The position numbers and the translations under genes were made by a program. From the NCBI RefSeq assembly GCF_009914755.1, contig NC_060926.1: DNA of 64,000 bases; one strand, 5' to 3'. The notes below the pieces were generated by a model, which saw nothing but the letters and a program-made list of their open reading frames with translations, searched no databases and had not been told where the DNA came from. Source of the stretch: the human T2T-CHM13v2.0 reference genome, Homo sapiens. Numbering within the stretch: position 1 is the first letter of the stretch; the number at the start of each line of letters is the position of its first letter. Positions 1-14,357 of this stretch are shown here, piece by piece.

Positions 1-60
1 TCCAGCCTCAGACTCCTGAGTAGCTGGGACTACAGGCGTGTGCCAGTACACCCGGCTAAT
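1..60 (-). mobile_element. Alu fragment cut by the window edge
   Basis: cctcag..ctcctgagtagctgggactacaggcgtgtgcca..cccggctaat is antisense Alu right-arm sequence. Confidence 0.85.
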
Positions 61-435
61 AAACGTTTATTGAACGAATAGAGTTAGCTGCAAATCCCAG
101 TAAATCAGAGGGACAAGGAGTACCATCTGAGAAGTCTTTACATAAACATTTTGTGCTTAATTACTACTTTTTCTGAATATTAAAGTAAATAAGCTGTGTA
201 AAAAATACAGAGAGGTATAAAGAAAAGTTCCACTTCCAAATAAAAATACAAATGTATTAACATCTTGGTAAGTATTTATATAGACTTATTTCCTATATGC
301 ATCCACACATACAATTTTTAAAAATTGGTATCATATCATATATGCAGTTTAAACAGAAAGCTTGCCGAGTACACTCGCCAAGAAATAATGCTTATTTTAA
401 AGTATGGAGATGTACATTAAAATAAATTAGGTTGT

Positions 436-1733
436 CATCTGATCTTTGACAAGCCTGACAAAAACAAGAAATGGGGGAAAGGATTCCCTATTTAATAAAT
501 GGTGTTGGGAACACTGGCTAGCCATATGCAGAAAACTGAAAATGGACCCCTTCCTTACACCTTATACAAAAATTAACTCAAGATGGATTAAAGACTTAAA
601 TGTAAAACCTAAAACCATAAAAACCCTAGAAGAAAACCTAGGCAATACCATTCAGGACATAGGCATGGGCAAAGACTTCATGACTAAAACACTAAAAGCA
701 ATGGCAACAAAAGCCCAAATTGACAAATGGGATCTAATTAAACTAAAGAGCTTCTGCACAGCAAAAGAAACTATCATCAGAGTGAACAGGCAACATACAG
801 AGTGGGAAAAAATTTTTGTAATCTATCCATCTGACAAAGGGCTAATATTCAGAATCTAAAAAGAACTTAAACAAATTTACAAGAAAAAAACAACCCCATC
901 AAAAAGTGTGCGAAGGATATAAACAGATACTTCTTGAAAGAAGACATTTATGTGGCCAACAAACATGAAAAAAAGCTCATCATCACTGGTCATTAGAGAA
1001 ACGCAAATCAAAACCACAACGAGATACCATCTCACACCAGTTAGAATGGTGATCATTAAAAAGTCAGGAAACAACAGATGCTGGAGAGGATGTGGAGAAA
1101 TAGGAACGCTTTTACACTGTTGATGGAAGTGTAAATTAGTTCAACCACTGTGGAAGACAGTGTGGCGATTCCTCAAGGACCTATAACCAGAAATATCATT
1201 TGAACCAGCAATCTCATTAGTGGGTATAAACCCAAAGGATTATAAATCATTCTACTATAAAGACACATGCACACATATGTTTACTGCAGCACTGTTCACA
1301 ATAGCAAATACTTGGAACCAACCCAAATGTCCATCAATGATAGACTAGATAAAGAAAATGTGGCACATATACACCATGGAATACTATGCAGCCATAAAAA
1401 AGGATGAGTTCATGTCTTTTGTAGGGACATGAATGAAGCTGGAAACCATCATTCTCAGCAAACTGACACAGGACAAGAAAACCAAACGCTGCATGTTATC
1501 ACTCATAAGTGGGAGTTGAACAATGAGAACACATGGACACAGGGAAGGGAACATCACACATTGGGGCCTGTCAGGGAGTCAGGGGCTAGGGGAGGGATAG
1601 CATTAGGAGAAATACCTAATGTAGATGACAGGTTGACGGGTGCAGCAAACCACCATGGCACGTGTATACCTATGTAACAAATCTGCATCTTCTGCACATG
1701 CATCCCAGAACTTAAAGTATAATAATAATTTAA
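436..1733 (+). mobile_element. 5'-truncated L1PA (L1PA7/8-like): ORF2 C-terminal remnant plus 3'UTR
   Basis: ORF 446..859 ([10 protein letters not shown]...[15 protein letters not shown]) is an L1 ORF2 C-terminal remnant with stops downstream; L1PA 3'UTR (ggagggatagcattaggagaaatacctaatgtagatgac); TSD aaattaggttgt at 424-435 and 1734-1745. Confidence 0.95.
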
Positions 1734-2305
1734 AAATTAGGTTGTATGCACCACCACTTACATATTTTAGGTGGTGATTATAGCACAGAATAAGGTTTGC
1801 ATGGACATATCTATCAGCAGCTGGACCTGTGCCCCATGTCAGGGGCCCTCTGCAGAGCAGGGGAAAATGAATTCTCTAGAAAAGTTTGTCAAGTCTGTGA
1901 TGCTACTTATTTTTACTTAGATCTAAATCTTCTTTCTTCCCATAGAAAAACATTGGTCGCTTGTCTTTTCATCTCTTCTAGCAAAGGTTGGTGAATATTA
2001 TTGGAAGGAAACTATCAAGATACATATTTTTACCTTTACTATAAATTTGTGTATAATTCAACTCTTCTGATGAAATTGTATGGTGATGTCAGGGGTGCTG
2101 CTGTCTCTGGGTAGTAAGAGAAAACAACTAGATTTGGAAATCTGGTATACAAATGCATATAAATATACAAATGACATTTATACATCCCAACATACTCATT
2201 CACCCATGAATATATATATTTGGCATCAAGTCACTAAGCATAAAAATGTTGTGGGTGTTTACAACTTTTTAAAAAGGATTATTTGCATTTTCTTTTAAGT
2301 TTTCT

Positions 2306-2603
2306 GGACAGGCACAGTGGCTCACACGTGTATCCCAGCACTTTGGGAAGCTGAGGCAGGGAGATAGCTTGAGCCCAGGAGTTCAGGACTAGCCCGGGCA
2401 ACATAGGGGCACCCCACCTCTACAAAAAAATTTTTCTAATTAGTTGGGTGTGGTGGTGTGCTCCTGTGGTCCTAGCTACTGAGCAGGCTGAAGTAAGAGG
2501 ATCGCTTGGGCCCTGGGGAGTTGAGGCTGCAGTGAGCCATGATCATGTCACTGCACGCCAGCCTGGGAAACAGCAAGACTCTGTCTCCAAAAAAAAAAAA
2601 AAA
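2306..2603 (+). mobile_element. Alu (AluJ-like)
   Basis: Dimeric Alu with ttgagcccaggagttc diagnostic and poly-A tail. Confidence 0.92.
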
Positions 2604-3305
2604 GCTTTCTAATTTCTAAAATAGACTGTGTGAAGAGTTAGGAATTTGGGCTAAGAGATAAAGGGGAGAAAAAAAAAGCCCTGGGAAAAGAATTGGAAAA
2701 GTCTGAGTATAAATATAGTTTTTGTACTTTTGGCTGAAGTCTCTTAGAGCTTGTGAATAATAAAGACTACATTACTATCCACAAAATAACTTTCTTGGAA
2801 AAAAAATGTTACCTGAAAATTACTTGCTGTGTTGATGAGGGCCTGGAGAATGAGAAGACAAAAAGAGCATCTAACTGAAAGGGGTGGTAGAAAGAATGTC
2901 CGTGTAGCAATCAATGTTAAAATGTACAGTAAAAACTTCCAGGACAGAATAAAAACCAAACTGATGGAGGTGCCCAACACAGTAGTTGCGAATCCCAGGC
3001 TAAGGCACAGCCACAGTTCTAAAACCTTGGAATAAAAGAAACAGTGCCTCTGATTATTTATCACGATGCTTTCTTCAGAACTTTTATTTGAGGAGATGGG
3101 GTGAGCAAAGAATTAAAAAAAAAACAACTCTGAGCATTCTTTGCTCATCCAATTTGAAAGTGGAATTTCTCTACTGGAACTGCTGATTTGTAAGGCCACC
3201 AGTTTACATGGGTTTCAAAGGGCTTTAAGAGTTCAGTTATGAAAATATTCTACTTGTTTATGTTCCAATACCATACACACACCTATCCCATTTATACCTC
3301 TAGGC

Positions 3306-3555
3306 TAGTGTTTCTCAGTCTCTGAACTATTGATATTTGGGGACAGATTCCTCTTCATTGTCTTCTTCGTTGTGGGGCCATCCTGTGTATTGTAGGATGT
3401 TCAGCAGCATCCCTGACTCCACCAACTAGATGCCGGTAGCACCTTCCCTCTCTCCCTACCGACAACCCCCATAGGACAAACAAAAACATTTCCAGACATT
3501 GCCAAATGTTTCCTGGGGAGGGGAGAGCAAAATCACCCCTGGTTGAAAACCACTG
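3306..3555 (-). mobile_element. MER20 (hAT-Charlie) non-autonomous DNA transposon
   Basis: Termini tagtgtttctca...ggttgaaaaccactg; internal ccagacattgccaaatg and tgtaggatgttcagcagcatccctg typical of MER20. Confidence 0.88.
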
Positions 3556-5720
3556 TTTAAGGCTGAGATGAAGACCTTTAGTGAGAGGGAAGAGAAGACT
3601 CTTGGGAGAATAAGGAAAATGAGGGCTTCCTCCAGAATTCAGATATTTATTCTCCAAATTCTTCTACTTATGGAAGTTACTCAAAGATGCTTACAAGTGT
3701 TTTTAGGAAATTGATCTTATTCCAAGGCAAGCCAATATTACAAATATTATTTTAAACTGTAACTTATAATTGCTTTTCTACACTTCTTAATGGATATAAG
3801 CCTTTGTCTTAAAGAATGCTATTGATTCATTCATTGTTTTCATAACTTGTGGCGCTGCCAGCCTTCCACTTGGAATGGCATCAAGTCATGTTTTGCTTTC
3901 ATCCCCAAAACTTTGCAAACTACTTTGAGGCATTGCTGAAAATACATTTTAGTGGAATAAGTTAGGCTTTACTGCGATTCTCAAATTTAAGAACCCATTT
4001 TATCTACTAGCTAGCAAAGCAACCATTTTAAATTGGAATGTAATAGTTACCTAGATCCATGTTGCCATGTTGCTGCACAGACTTAAAATATTTTACTACC
4101 AGTGAAATTGTACTTTGCATATAATACTAACCTTGCCAAATAACCTTATGACCAAACCTCATATCTTGAGTGACTAACGTTAATATACCTTAATCTGAAG
4201 TTGAAGAGTACTCCCTTATTCAGCATTTACATCTTATCTTGATTTATATTTTTCTCCAAATAATAGAAAAACACTGCAAATGGTGTTTTGTTTTGTTTTT
4301 AGTGGCTCTCTAGGCCCCTTTTTCTCAATTTGTTTCAACCAACATTTATCAAACAAGGAGTATGGGCCAGGACTTGTGCCAACTTTAAGCAGATTTTAGT
4401 CATAAAATCAGATGTGTTTCTTCTAAAATCATGCTGTAATTTATTCTCCATTATTTTGATATTAGTGAAGGTTAACTACTGCAAAAGTTATCAGTTTCTC
4501 CATCTATAAATAGAGGACAGAAATCAGGAAATAGAAGAGAGAAGCTATAAAAGGCAGGCTAGATTTGTACAAAACTACACATCTAGCTTATATGACTCAA
4601 AGATGTGGTGAGAATTCTGTTTCCTGTCACTATTTACTACTTGGCATCAAGTAGATGAAAAAAAGCTGAAGCTTTTGGGCTAAACTTTTATTTTCATCTG
4701 GATAGATGGCAGGCCTCGAGGAACATCACAGGTAAAACTCTTGAAATGTCTATAACTTCAGATGAGTTATGGACAAAATATATACTTTCTGGCCTATAAT
4801 TTGTTCACTGTATTTTTCCATATTTGCTACTGATTAGTAATATATTAAGTATCAGTCAGTAGGAATAGTATTAATATTGCCAATGCATTTAAAAATTTTA
4901 ATTTTAACTATAATTTTTACTTGCTTTTTGATTCTGTGTCTTTTACTTTAGGTGCTGTGCCCCTAGTCAGGAATCGGTTTACTTGGCTGTGTAGGAGTTA
5001 TGTAAAAATTTCCAAATGATATAAGCCAGGTGTTCACAGCTCGCTATGCATCGAAACTACACTGGAAGCTTTCCAAGAGTAGGTGTCTGTTACCTATAGC
5101 AGGGATGACAAAGATGGCACGTGGGCCTATTTTCACTGTCCCTTAGGCAAGTCATCTTCACAAACTCACCGACCTTGCAGTGCCCCATCCCCCCATCCCA
5201 ATCATGTTCCCTCTCCCTCACCTGGGAGGACTATCCTTGGCAAGAGTCAGATCCAATGACCTCTTCCTGCACTGCTGTGAAGAGTTTATGGGAGCACAGC
5301 GGCTTTCACACACACTCTCCTGCTGTACAGCGCCATCCTAGCTGCCCCTGTGTGTGTCACTTCCTACATCTCTCACTGGTCTGAGCGGTACAGAGCAACT
5401 AGAACCTTAGAAAATTAGTTTTCGAAGGTTTCTTATCTTAGTTCTGTATGTCACAGTACACAACACACTTGCCATCTTAGCAGTGGTATTTTACAAACAT
5501 TCCCTCTTGCTCTTCCTCTCATTCCTTTTCCTGTTGTTTCTAACTCTCATTGCTTGATTATTGGCTCTTCAAGGAGAAGGAAGAAATAGGTTAAAACCCA
5601 ACTAGAAGATACTGGGGGAGGAAAGGGGACTCAGTAGAGTAGAGTACAAGGGGAGGGTTATCAGTGTTAGTCTTAGAATGAGGCTAGTGCTGCCAGACTA
5701 GAAATTATTTGTCTGGCGTG

Positions 5721-6168
5721 TGCTATTGTTTGAATGTCATTTGTCTTCGCCAAAACTCATGTTGAAATTTAACCCCCAGTGTGGCCCTGTTGGGAGGTGT
5801 GGCATAGTGTGAGGTGTTTGGGTCATGGGTGTGGATTCTTTATGCAGGGAAGAATGCCCTCCTTGGGGTGGGTGAATCCTTGCTTTCCTGGAGAATGGAT
5901 TAGTTTCTGAGAGACTGGGTTGTTAAAGAGAGTCTGGCTTCCTTGGTTTCTCTTTTGCTTCCTCTCTTGCCATGTGATCTCTTTGCACGTGCCAGCCCCC
6001 TTTTCACCTTTTGCCATGAGTTGAAGCAGCCTGAGGCCCTCATCAGATGCAGATGCCCAGTCTTGAACCTTCCAGCCATCAAAATTGTGAGCCAAATAAG
6101 CCTCTTTTCTTTATAAATTACCTCAGCCTCAGGTATTCTGTTATAGCAACACAAAACAGACTCAGACA
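5721..6168 (+). mobile_element. MaLR solo LTR (MST family, MSTB-like)
   Basis: Starts tgctattgtttgaatg..ccaaaactcatgttgaaattt, ends caggtattctgttatagcaacacaaaacagactcagaca. Confidence 0.88.
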
Positions 6169-6324
6169 GTGCAGGAATGTGCGGTGGCAGCCATGGCCCA
6201 ACATGTGGTCAGGTCTTAGTGGTGTGTTCCCCAGCCCTGGCGGCCAGCATCCCTGCCCACTTGTCACACAGTGCTAGTACCTTCCTGAGAAGGCTGCTCA
6301 GAAAGCTGAGCAAGTACAAACAAT

Positions 6325-6756
6325 TGATGTGGGTTGAATTGTATCTCCCTAAAATTCATGTTGAAGTCCTAACCCCTAGTACCTCAAAATGTGACCCTAT
6401 GTGGAAATAGGGTCATGGCAAGTGTAATTAGTTTAAGATGAGGTAATACTGGAGTCAGGTGGGCCTGTCATCCAATATGACAGGTGTCCTTATAAAAAGC
6501 AACATTTGGAGACAGTCACATATACAGAGAGAACACTGTGTGAAGATTGGAGTTATGCTGCCACAAGCCAAGGAACCACCAGAAGCTAAGAGAAAGGCCC
6601 AGAACGATCCTTCCATAGTGCCTTCGGAGGAAGCATGCCCTGTCTGCACCCTGATCTCAGATTTCTGGCATCCAGAGCTATGAGACCATAGCTTTCTGTT
6701 GTTTAAGCCGCTCGCTTTGTGGTGCCTTGTTATGGCCACCCTAGGAAACTAATGCT
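6325..6756 (+). mobile_element. MaLR solo LTR (MLT1B/C-like)
   Basis: tgggttgaattgt..gttgaagtcctaacccctagtacctca..gccacaagccaaggaac..ctaggaaactaat. Confidence 0.85.
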
Positions 6757-7399
6757 GTGTAACAATGTGGCAATGGCAGGCCTACGTTGGTCTTGACTCA
6801 AAGCTCCTGGAAGGGTGCTGGTTTGATGGTGCTAAGAAATGTGTACTGTCCAAATCCAAACATCTGGAATGAAACCTATGTAAGTTGATAATAGACATAT
6901 ACATATAAGGAAATAAAAATATAATTTCCGAGCAACTCCATGAAAATAATGATTGCTGAAACTACTTGTTATGATACTTAACGCAAATGATAAAAACCTG
7001 TGGTCACTGTTGGGCTTCTTATATGCCAAAGAATCTGTTTCTCCAGGTACCAGGGCAATCCCAGGAGCTAAGCACTCCAGGCCATCTCCTTCTATAACTC
7101 AGCTCAACCAATGTTTACTAACCTGACCAAGTGCTAAGAATTCTAAGCAACGGCAGTAGAAATAAAAAAAATCAGACACAATCCCTGCCATTAAGTAGCT
7201 TGCTGCATAGTAAATAATAAGAAAGGTAGAATTTTGGAAGAATCTTTCACTTATTAGCCTATAGGGAATTCCATCCACTTACACCGAGGACTGTTGAAGA
7301 CTCTTAGTTACAGGTGATGGAAATACAACTCAAGCTGGCTAAAATGAACACACAGATAAAACCCTGACTAATTTGAGGATGAAAATATGATTTTATTAA

Positions 7400-7901
7400 T
7401 GTATTAGTCAGGGTTCTCTGGAGAAATAGAACCAGTAGGAGACAGTGAGGGAAGGAGAGACTGAGATAGGGAGATGGGAGAGAGGCGGAGAAGGAAGGAG
7501 AAATAGACATAAAGAAAGATATTTATTTTAAGGAATTTGCTCATATGATCGTGGGGGCAATTTGTAGGGCAGGCTGGCAGGCCGGAAATTCAGGTAAGAG
7601 TTAACGTTACAGTCATGACTCCAAATTCTGCAGGGCATCAGGCTGGAAACGCAGGCAGCATTTCTGTATTGCAGACTGGAGGAGAATTCCTTCTTCTTTG
7701 GGAAATATCAGTCTTTGTACTTAACGCCTTCAACTGATTGGATGATGCCAACACACATTATGGCGGGTACCCAACATCTACTAATTTTAATGTTAATCAC
7801 ATCTTTTAAAAATACCTTCGCAATAACATCTAGACTGGTGTTTGACCAAACAACTGGGCTTCACAGCCTATGCAAGTTGACACTCAGAGTTAACCACGAC
7901 A
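7400..7901 (-). mobile_element. ERVL LTR (MLT2-like)
   Basis: tgtattagtcagggttctctggagaaatagaacca ... caagttgacactcagagttaaccacgaca termini typical of antisense MLT2. Confidence 0.82.
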
Positions 7902-9849
7902 GGTTGAGTGGAACCCAGGGAGTGCCCTTCAGTCACCAGGAATCTACCCCTCCCCATCTTTCCACTCTACTTCTTCCTCGGTGAAGGCTGTGACTGCCCT
8001 GTCTTCCTGTACATGCCCATGGCTGAACCAGTCATTGTGGCCAAGGGAGTGCAGTTTTCTGGCTGGGGCAGAGAATGGGGAGAAAGGCTGTTGTGTTAGA
8101 AGAAGGGATGTCAAGCAGGCAAAATCAGGAGCTGTAGGCAAGCATAGTTTTGAAGGAAACAAAAACATTTTGTGCAAAACCAGCCCTGGAATACTGAAAG
8201 GTGGGAAGGAAGAGGGAGCAAGGAGAGACTGGGAGAAATGAAGAGTCCTTGCTGGAATGCCTTATATACTGCTGCTGGAGGTGGGCAGTGACATCAGTGG
8301 TCACCAGAGACCATATGTAACTGATGGGCTTATATCCATTAGCTTGATTTAAACCACTTTGAATCTCATGAAATTTTCCTTTGAGGAAAATTTAGTTTTT
8401 CTCATTGATTTAAAGTCAGTAATTTCTGTTCCTCTGAGCACAGAATTGCTTTTAATTATAAATGTATGACATTTAAAATTATTTAAATACAAATATTTTT
8501 ACACCAAGGGGTATGGAATGTGGGGTGTGGGAAGTGGGGATGGAAGCAATGAATTTTTTCCTGTGCAAAAACCCTGCTGGAAAAATATTTTCCCTTAGTC
8601 ATTCTTCCAAAAATCATCCCTCTCAGAGATGCTTCTTATTTAAAATTAAATGGAATTGACATTCAGAGATTTTTGAATAATTTAGCTGAACTTGTTTCAG
8701 TGATTACGTAATGGTTGCAAATGGGTCAAGGCCCGGGTCATTTGTGGGAAATAATAAATATATTTGTTTCCGTAGCCATTGTTCATCTGCCTCCCTCATC
8801 CTCATCTTCTCCTATCCCCACAGCTGCTTCCACTCTCTCCACACTGGAAGCTCCCTGAGACAGTGGCTCCCTTTTATCCATCCTACTCCTGGGGCAGTGT
8901 CTGGCATCTAGTATGCAATGCATCAGAGTGTGCTGAATTGCACTGAACGTTGACACCCGGGGAGCTCTGGCATTTAGGAAAGTAGAGAGTGCTATGATAG
9001 TTCTGTAGATTCTCAGAGAAGAAAGCCTCTTAGAACAAAGTCAACAACAATTATAACAACAGCTTCACAAATTTCTAGATGCACAGTTGCCATTGTTGGC
9101 AGCTTTGTACAACAAAAATCTTACATGCAGCTAATGTCTGTCAAATATTGGAAACCAACACTGGGCAAACTCTGGAGTATGTTTTCTGTGTTCCTACTCT
9201 TTACACCCCCCACCTTTTTAAAACAACCCTCCCAACCATCCATACATTTTCCATATTCAGATCTCCTCTACCATTTTCATTCTTTCTTCTAATCAAAGTA
9301 GGAAAGAACCTCATTTTAATCATTTTTACTTAATGAACTGATTATAATTTGAAATCAATGAATGTCATTTACTTCTTTCTCTATTATAAAATGAAAGAAT
9401 GTGTCGCACCTGAAAGGGAATCTAGTTGTGAATAAGCAGCTAGGGATGGTCTACGTGTCCATCGATAGGTGCCTCCTTCCTTCTCTCCCCCACTTTATTC
9501 TTTCTTGGAGAGTGAGTGGGAAAAGGGCATAGACAGGGTTACCCTGAAAACCAACCCGAACAGTACAATGATTTCATCCGTTTGAGGGTGACTAGAGGGA
9601 TCAAATGGAAAAGGTGGTATGGACTTTTTCCTACCCCAACACCTACTTCTGGGACCTGAAGATCCCTTTCTTTAGGGATAGTAACAGCACCTTGCCTTAC
9701 TACAGGTACTTCTGGCAAATAGTCTCTTCCCTTCTTTCTACTGAACACAGGTGAGTCGGCTTCCTCACCTTTAACCCAACCCTTTCCATCTGTGCGCTTG
9801 AACAACAGAAACCACAATGTGCCTACTCAGCCCAGTGCCGTTGGGAGTT

Positions 9850-10030
9850 TGCATACATTATTGCTAGGCTGAACACAACCTTGAAGACAGATTAATACTG
9901 CCTTCATTTCACATGTGAGATTTGGAGAGGGTAGGTCACATTCTCAAGGTCACAGCACTAAGTAGCAAAGTCAAGAAGCTTGGGTTTCTTCAGCTCCAAA
10001 GCTCATGTCCACTGCACCACTCTGCCTCCC
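9850..10030 (-). mobile_element. MIR
   Basis: Degenerate antisense MIR core (ttcatttcacatgtgag..caaggtcacagc..ctccaaagctcatg). Confidence 0.65.
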
Positions 10031-10239
10031 AGATGTGTTTTAATGTTGTCCAGCAGTCCAGCATTCATTTTTTAAAAAATGATAATATTGTTATTCAGCT
10101 CTCTCCCTAACCTGACTTCTTGGGTCACATTGTCATGCCTCCTGTATCATTTCTTATCATTTCTGCCTCCACAAAAATGTCCCTTTAGCACTTCACATGC
10201 CTTGTGACCAAAACCGAACGTAAAACTGTGTTCCCAGTT

Positions 10240-11365
<1,126 letters not shown>

Positions 11366-11619
11366 GTATCTGAGGAACAAGAGTTTCACAGTGTCCACCT
11401 TCCAGTCTTGCGCTTGTGATTTAAATACTCACTCACAGTTAAGCTAAGGCCGGACCAAAATAGGGAAGATTACAGTTTGTCTTTTCTTTCAGTGGCCTTT
11501 TTTTCTAACTTCCTTTTTCCTACTAGTTACAGCCCCTCTCCTCCTTTTAGATTCCCAGTGACCTAAATTTTTCCTGTCCTCTTCCCCAAATCAGGAAGGC
11601 TCTGGAAACATCACTTGTG

Positions 11620-12125
11620 TACCAACTGAAACTCCCAGCTCTGCGGCACACTAGCTGTGATCCTGGCCAAGTTCACTTGTCTGAAATTAGTTCCTCATTT
11701 CGAACATGAAAAGTATCGTATCTGCCTCCTAAGGTTGCTGTGAAAGTTCAACAAGAGGCCAGGCATGGTGGCTTACGCCTGTAATCCCAGCACTTTGGGA
11801 GGCCAAGGCAGGCAGATCACCTGAGGTCAGGAGTTCAAGACCAGCCTGGCCAACATGGCAAAACCCCGTCTCTACTAAAAATACAAAAATTAGCCGGGTG
11901 TGGTGGGGCAGGACTGTAATCCCAGCTACTTGGGAGGCTGAGACAGGAGAATTGCTTGAACCTGGGAGGCAGAGGTTGCAGTGAGCAAGATCGTGCCACT
12001 GCACTCCAGCCTGGCGACACAGTGAGACACTGACTCAAAAAAATAAAAAAGAAAAGAAAATTCAACAAGAAACTCCAAGTAAAGCATTAGCACAATCCCA
12101 GGCATATAATAATAGCTCAATTAAT
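11620..12125 (+). mobile_element. MIR split by an Alu insertion
   Basis: cccagctct..ctagctgtga..cctcattt before the Alu; gtaaagcattagcacaatcccaggcatataataatagctcaat after it. Confidence 0.7.
11757..12058 (+). mobile_element. Alu (AluSx/Sz-like)
   Basis: Full dimer with gatcacctgaggtcaggagttc; TSD aaaRttcaacaaga. Confidence 0.95.
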
Positions 12126-12282
12126 TTTTTTTAAAAATGCCTTATTTATACAGATATGCTAATTTTTCCCAATGCATTTACTTTAAGAATTTCTATTTAA
12201 TTGTGGAGCAAATGACCTCTTATTAAAGAAATCTTATTCAAATAAGACCTACTGGCAGCTTCCTTGGTGCCTGGCTTCCTAC

Positions 12283-12448
12283 CTTGTACCGGGAATGCAG
12301 GGAGGAAGACTTGATCCCTGCTCTGGTGTGCTGATCCAGAGTCCTCAGTATAGGTGCTGACATGTGAGGCACTTCCAGGGTTCAGAGTGGAGGCATCTGA
12401 ACAGCCCATGGCGGGTGCTGAAGGCAAGTTTCCCAAGAAGGGGTTCAT
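12283..12448 (-). CDS. NEMP2: Candidate alternative first coding exon of NEMP2 (55 codons + 1 nt, MNPFLGNLPS...FLPAFPVQ)
   Basis: ATG at 12448; phase-1 donor CAAG|GTAGGA (GT at 12282-12281); possible acceptor ttcctctgactgattccag| just upstream of the ATG. Peptide recalled as the N-terminus of a predicted NEMP2 isoform continuing VRRCKALKEK; recall, not a search. Confidence 0.55.
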
Positions 12449-12677
12449 GAGGGCTGGAATCAGTCAGAGGAATGTAATCTTGTCAGCGGAAACATGAGCA
12501 AGGGAATAGGAGTCAGGGTTTGACAGGAGAGGATAAATGACAAGTCATTTGGTTCAGCTGCAGCTTGGGTATGTGTAGGAGGGAGTCAGAAAGATGAGGC
12601 TGGAAGGATAAGCAGGTGGCCAAATCTCAGGGGCAACAGCAAGTGGGTGGTAAGGAGTGGGCTGTGGTTCTTCTAGC

Positions 12678-12848
12678 CCAGTAAGGCTCAACTGCGTTTG
12701 CATACTGGAATCACTGGGAGCTTTTAAAAATACCAAAGCCATGACCCTAGACTATTACACAGGAACTACTATGGGCAGAACTGAAGCATCATTTTTTTTT
12801 AAATCCAAAGTGATTCTAATACACAGCCAAGATTGAGAAATGCTACAG
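12678..12848. mobile_element. MER5-type hAT element
   Basis: tgcatactggaatcactgggagcttttaaaaatac..gtgattctaatacacagccaagattgagaa. Confidence 0.7.
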
Positions 12849-12959
12849 TCTAGCCCCTGAAATCACACCAACCCAGATTTGGCTGCCAAGTAACTCAGAG
12901 TAATTGTGGACCTTTAGCATGGGCAGGAAACCAAAAGCACATCCAACCTTACTCCTGTA

Positions 12960-13100
12960 TTTTTAAAATTAATTAATTTTTATTGTGGTAAAATTAGACA
13001 TAACATAAATTTACTATTTTATCCATTTTCAAGAGCACAGTTCAGTGGCATTAAGTACAGTCAGTTGCCGTGCAATCATCACCTCCAGCCATTTCCAGGT
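12960..13100 (-). mobile_element. L1M (L1MB-like) 3' end fragment
   Basis: ttattgtggtaaaa..acataacataaattta..cagttcagtggcattaagtaca..tgcaatcatcacc. Confidence 0.7.
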
Positions 13101-13255
13101 AAAATTACAAAGGCTTTTCATTTTGAAGTACAATCTATTTTTCTTTTGTTGACTCATGCTTCTGATAGCATAACCCCTGTATTTTATAGATGTGAACACT
13201 CATTCCCTCAGGGTGGGCTTCCCTGGAAACAGACTCTGAGATGAAGACTGGTGTA

Positions 13256-14326
13256 CAGTAGTCACTCCTTATTGGTACTTTTGCTTTCTGCAGTTTTAGT
13301 TATCTATGGTAAACTGCAGTCCAAAAATATTAAATAGAAAACACCAGAAATAAATAATAAGTTTTAAATTGTGTGACGTTCTCAGTAGGGTGTAAACTTT
13401 CAAGCTGTCCTGCTCTGTCCCACCCAGGATGTGAATCATCCCTTTGTCCCCCGTACCCACGCCGTACACGTTCCCCATCCGTTAGTCACTTTGTAGCCAT
13501 CTTGGCTATCAGATTGTTGCAGTATCGCAGTGCTTGTGTTCGAGTAATCCTTATTTTACTTAATAATGGTCCCAATGTGCAAGAGTAGTGATGCTGGCAA
13601 TTCGTATATGCCAAAGAGAAGCTATAAAGTGCTTCACTTAAGTGAAAAGGTGAAAGTTCTTGACTTAACAAGGAAAGAAAAAAAAATTGCTGAAATTAAC
13701 AAAATTTATAAGAACAAATCTTTTACCCGTGAATTTGTAAAGAAAAATATATTTGTGCTGGTTACAGCACCTCAAACTGTAAACGTCATGGCCATAGAGT
13801 ATGATAAGTGCTTAGTTAAGATGAAAAAGGCATTCAGTTTGCAGGTGGGAGACATTAAAAGAAATGTGTTTTGATTGGCAACACGTTGCACCAGAAAGCA
13901 TTGAGCCTGTATGAAGACAAGCATTGATCCCTACAGCAAGGGATCCCCTGAAACGAGTGACACCAAGCCATTTATTGCAAGTAAGGGATAGTTAACAGAT
14001 TCAGGAATAGGTTTGGACTGAAAAATATATAAATTACTAGAGAGGCTGTGTCTGCTAATGAAGAAGCTGTTGCCACAGGAATACAGAACAATGGGATATT
14101 TTGAAGGAGCGAGAGAGACCACATGCGTATGATTTTACTGTAGTATAATTGTTCTATTTTATTATTAGTTATTATTGTTAATCTGTTAGCTGAACCTTAT
14201 TAAAAAAATTTTATCAGAGGTACGTATGTATAAAAAGAAAATATATATAGGGTCTGGTACTATCTGCAGCTTTAGGCTCCACTGAAGTTCTTGGAATGTA
14301 TTCTATGAAGATAAGGGGGACTACTG
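13256..14326 (+). mobile_element. Tigger7/MER44 internally deleted DNA transposon retaining the transposase N-terminus
   Basis: TIRs cagtagtcactccttat / ataagggggactactg with TA on both sides; ORF 13566..13874 (MPKRSYKVLHLSEKVKVLDL...) resembles a Tigger N-terminal HTH. Confidence 0.88.
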
Positions 14327-14357
14327 TATAGAGGGGATTACAGCATGCTCTTGGCAT

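Noticed and set aside
446-859. 137-aa reverse-transcriptase-associated ORF
   Set aside because: Fragment of a 5'-truncated L1 ORF2, not a gene.
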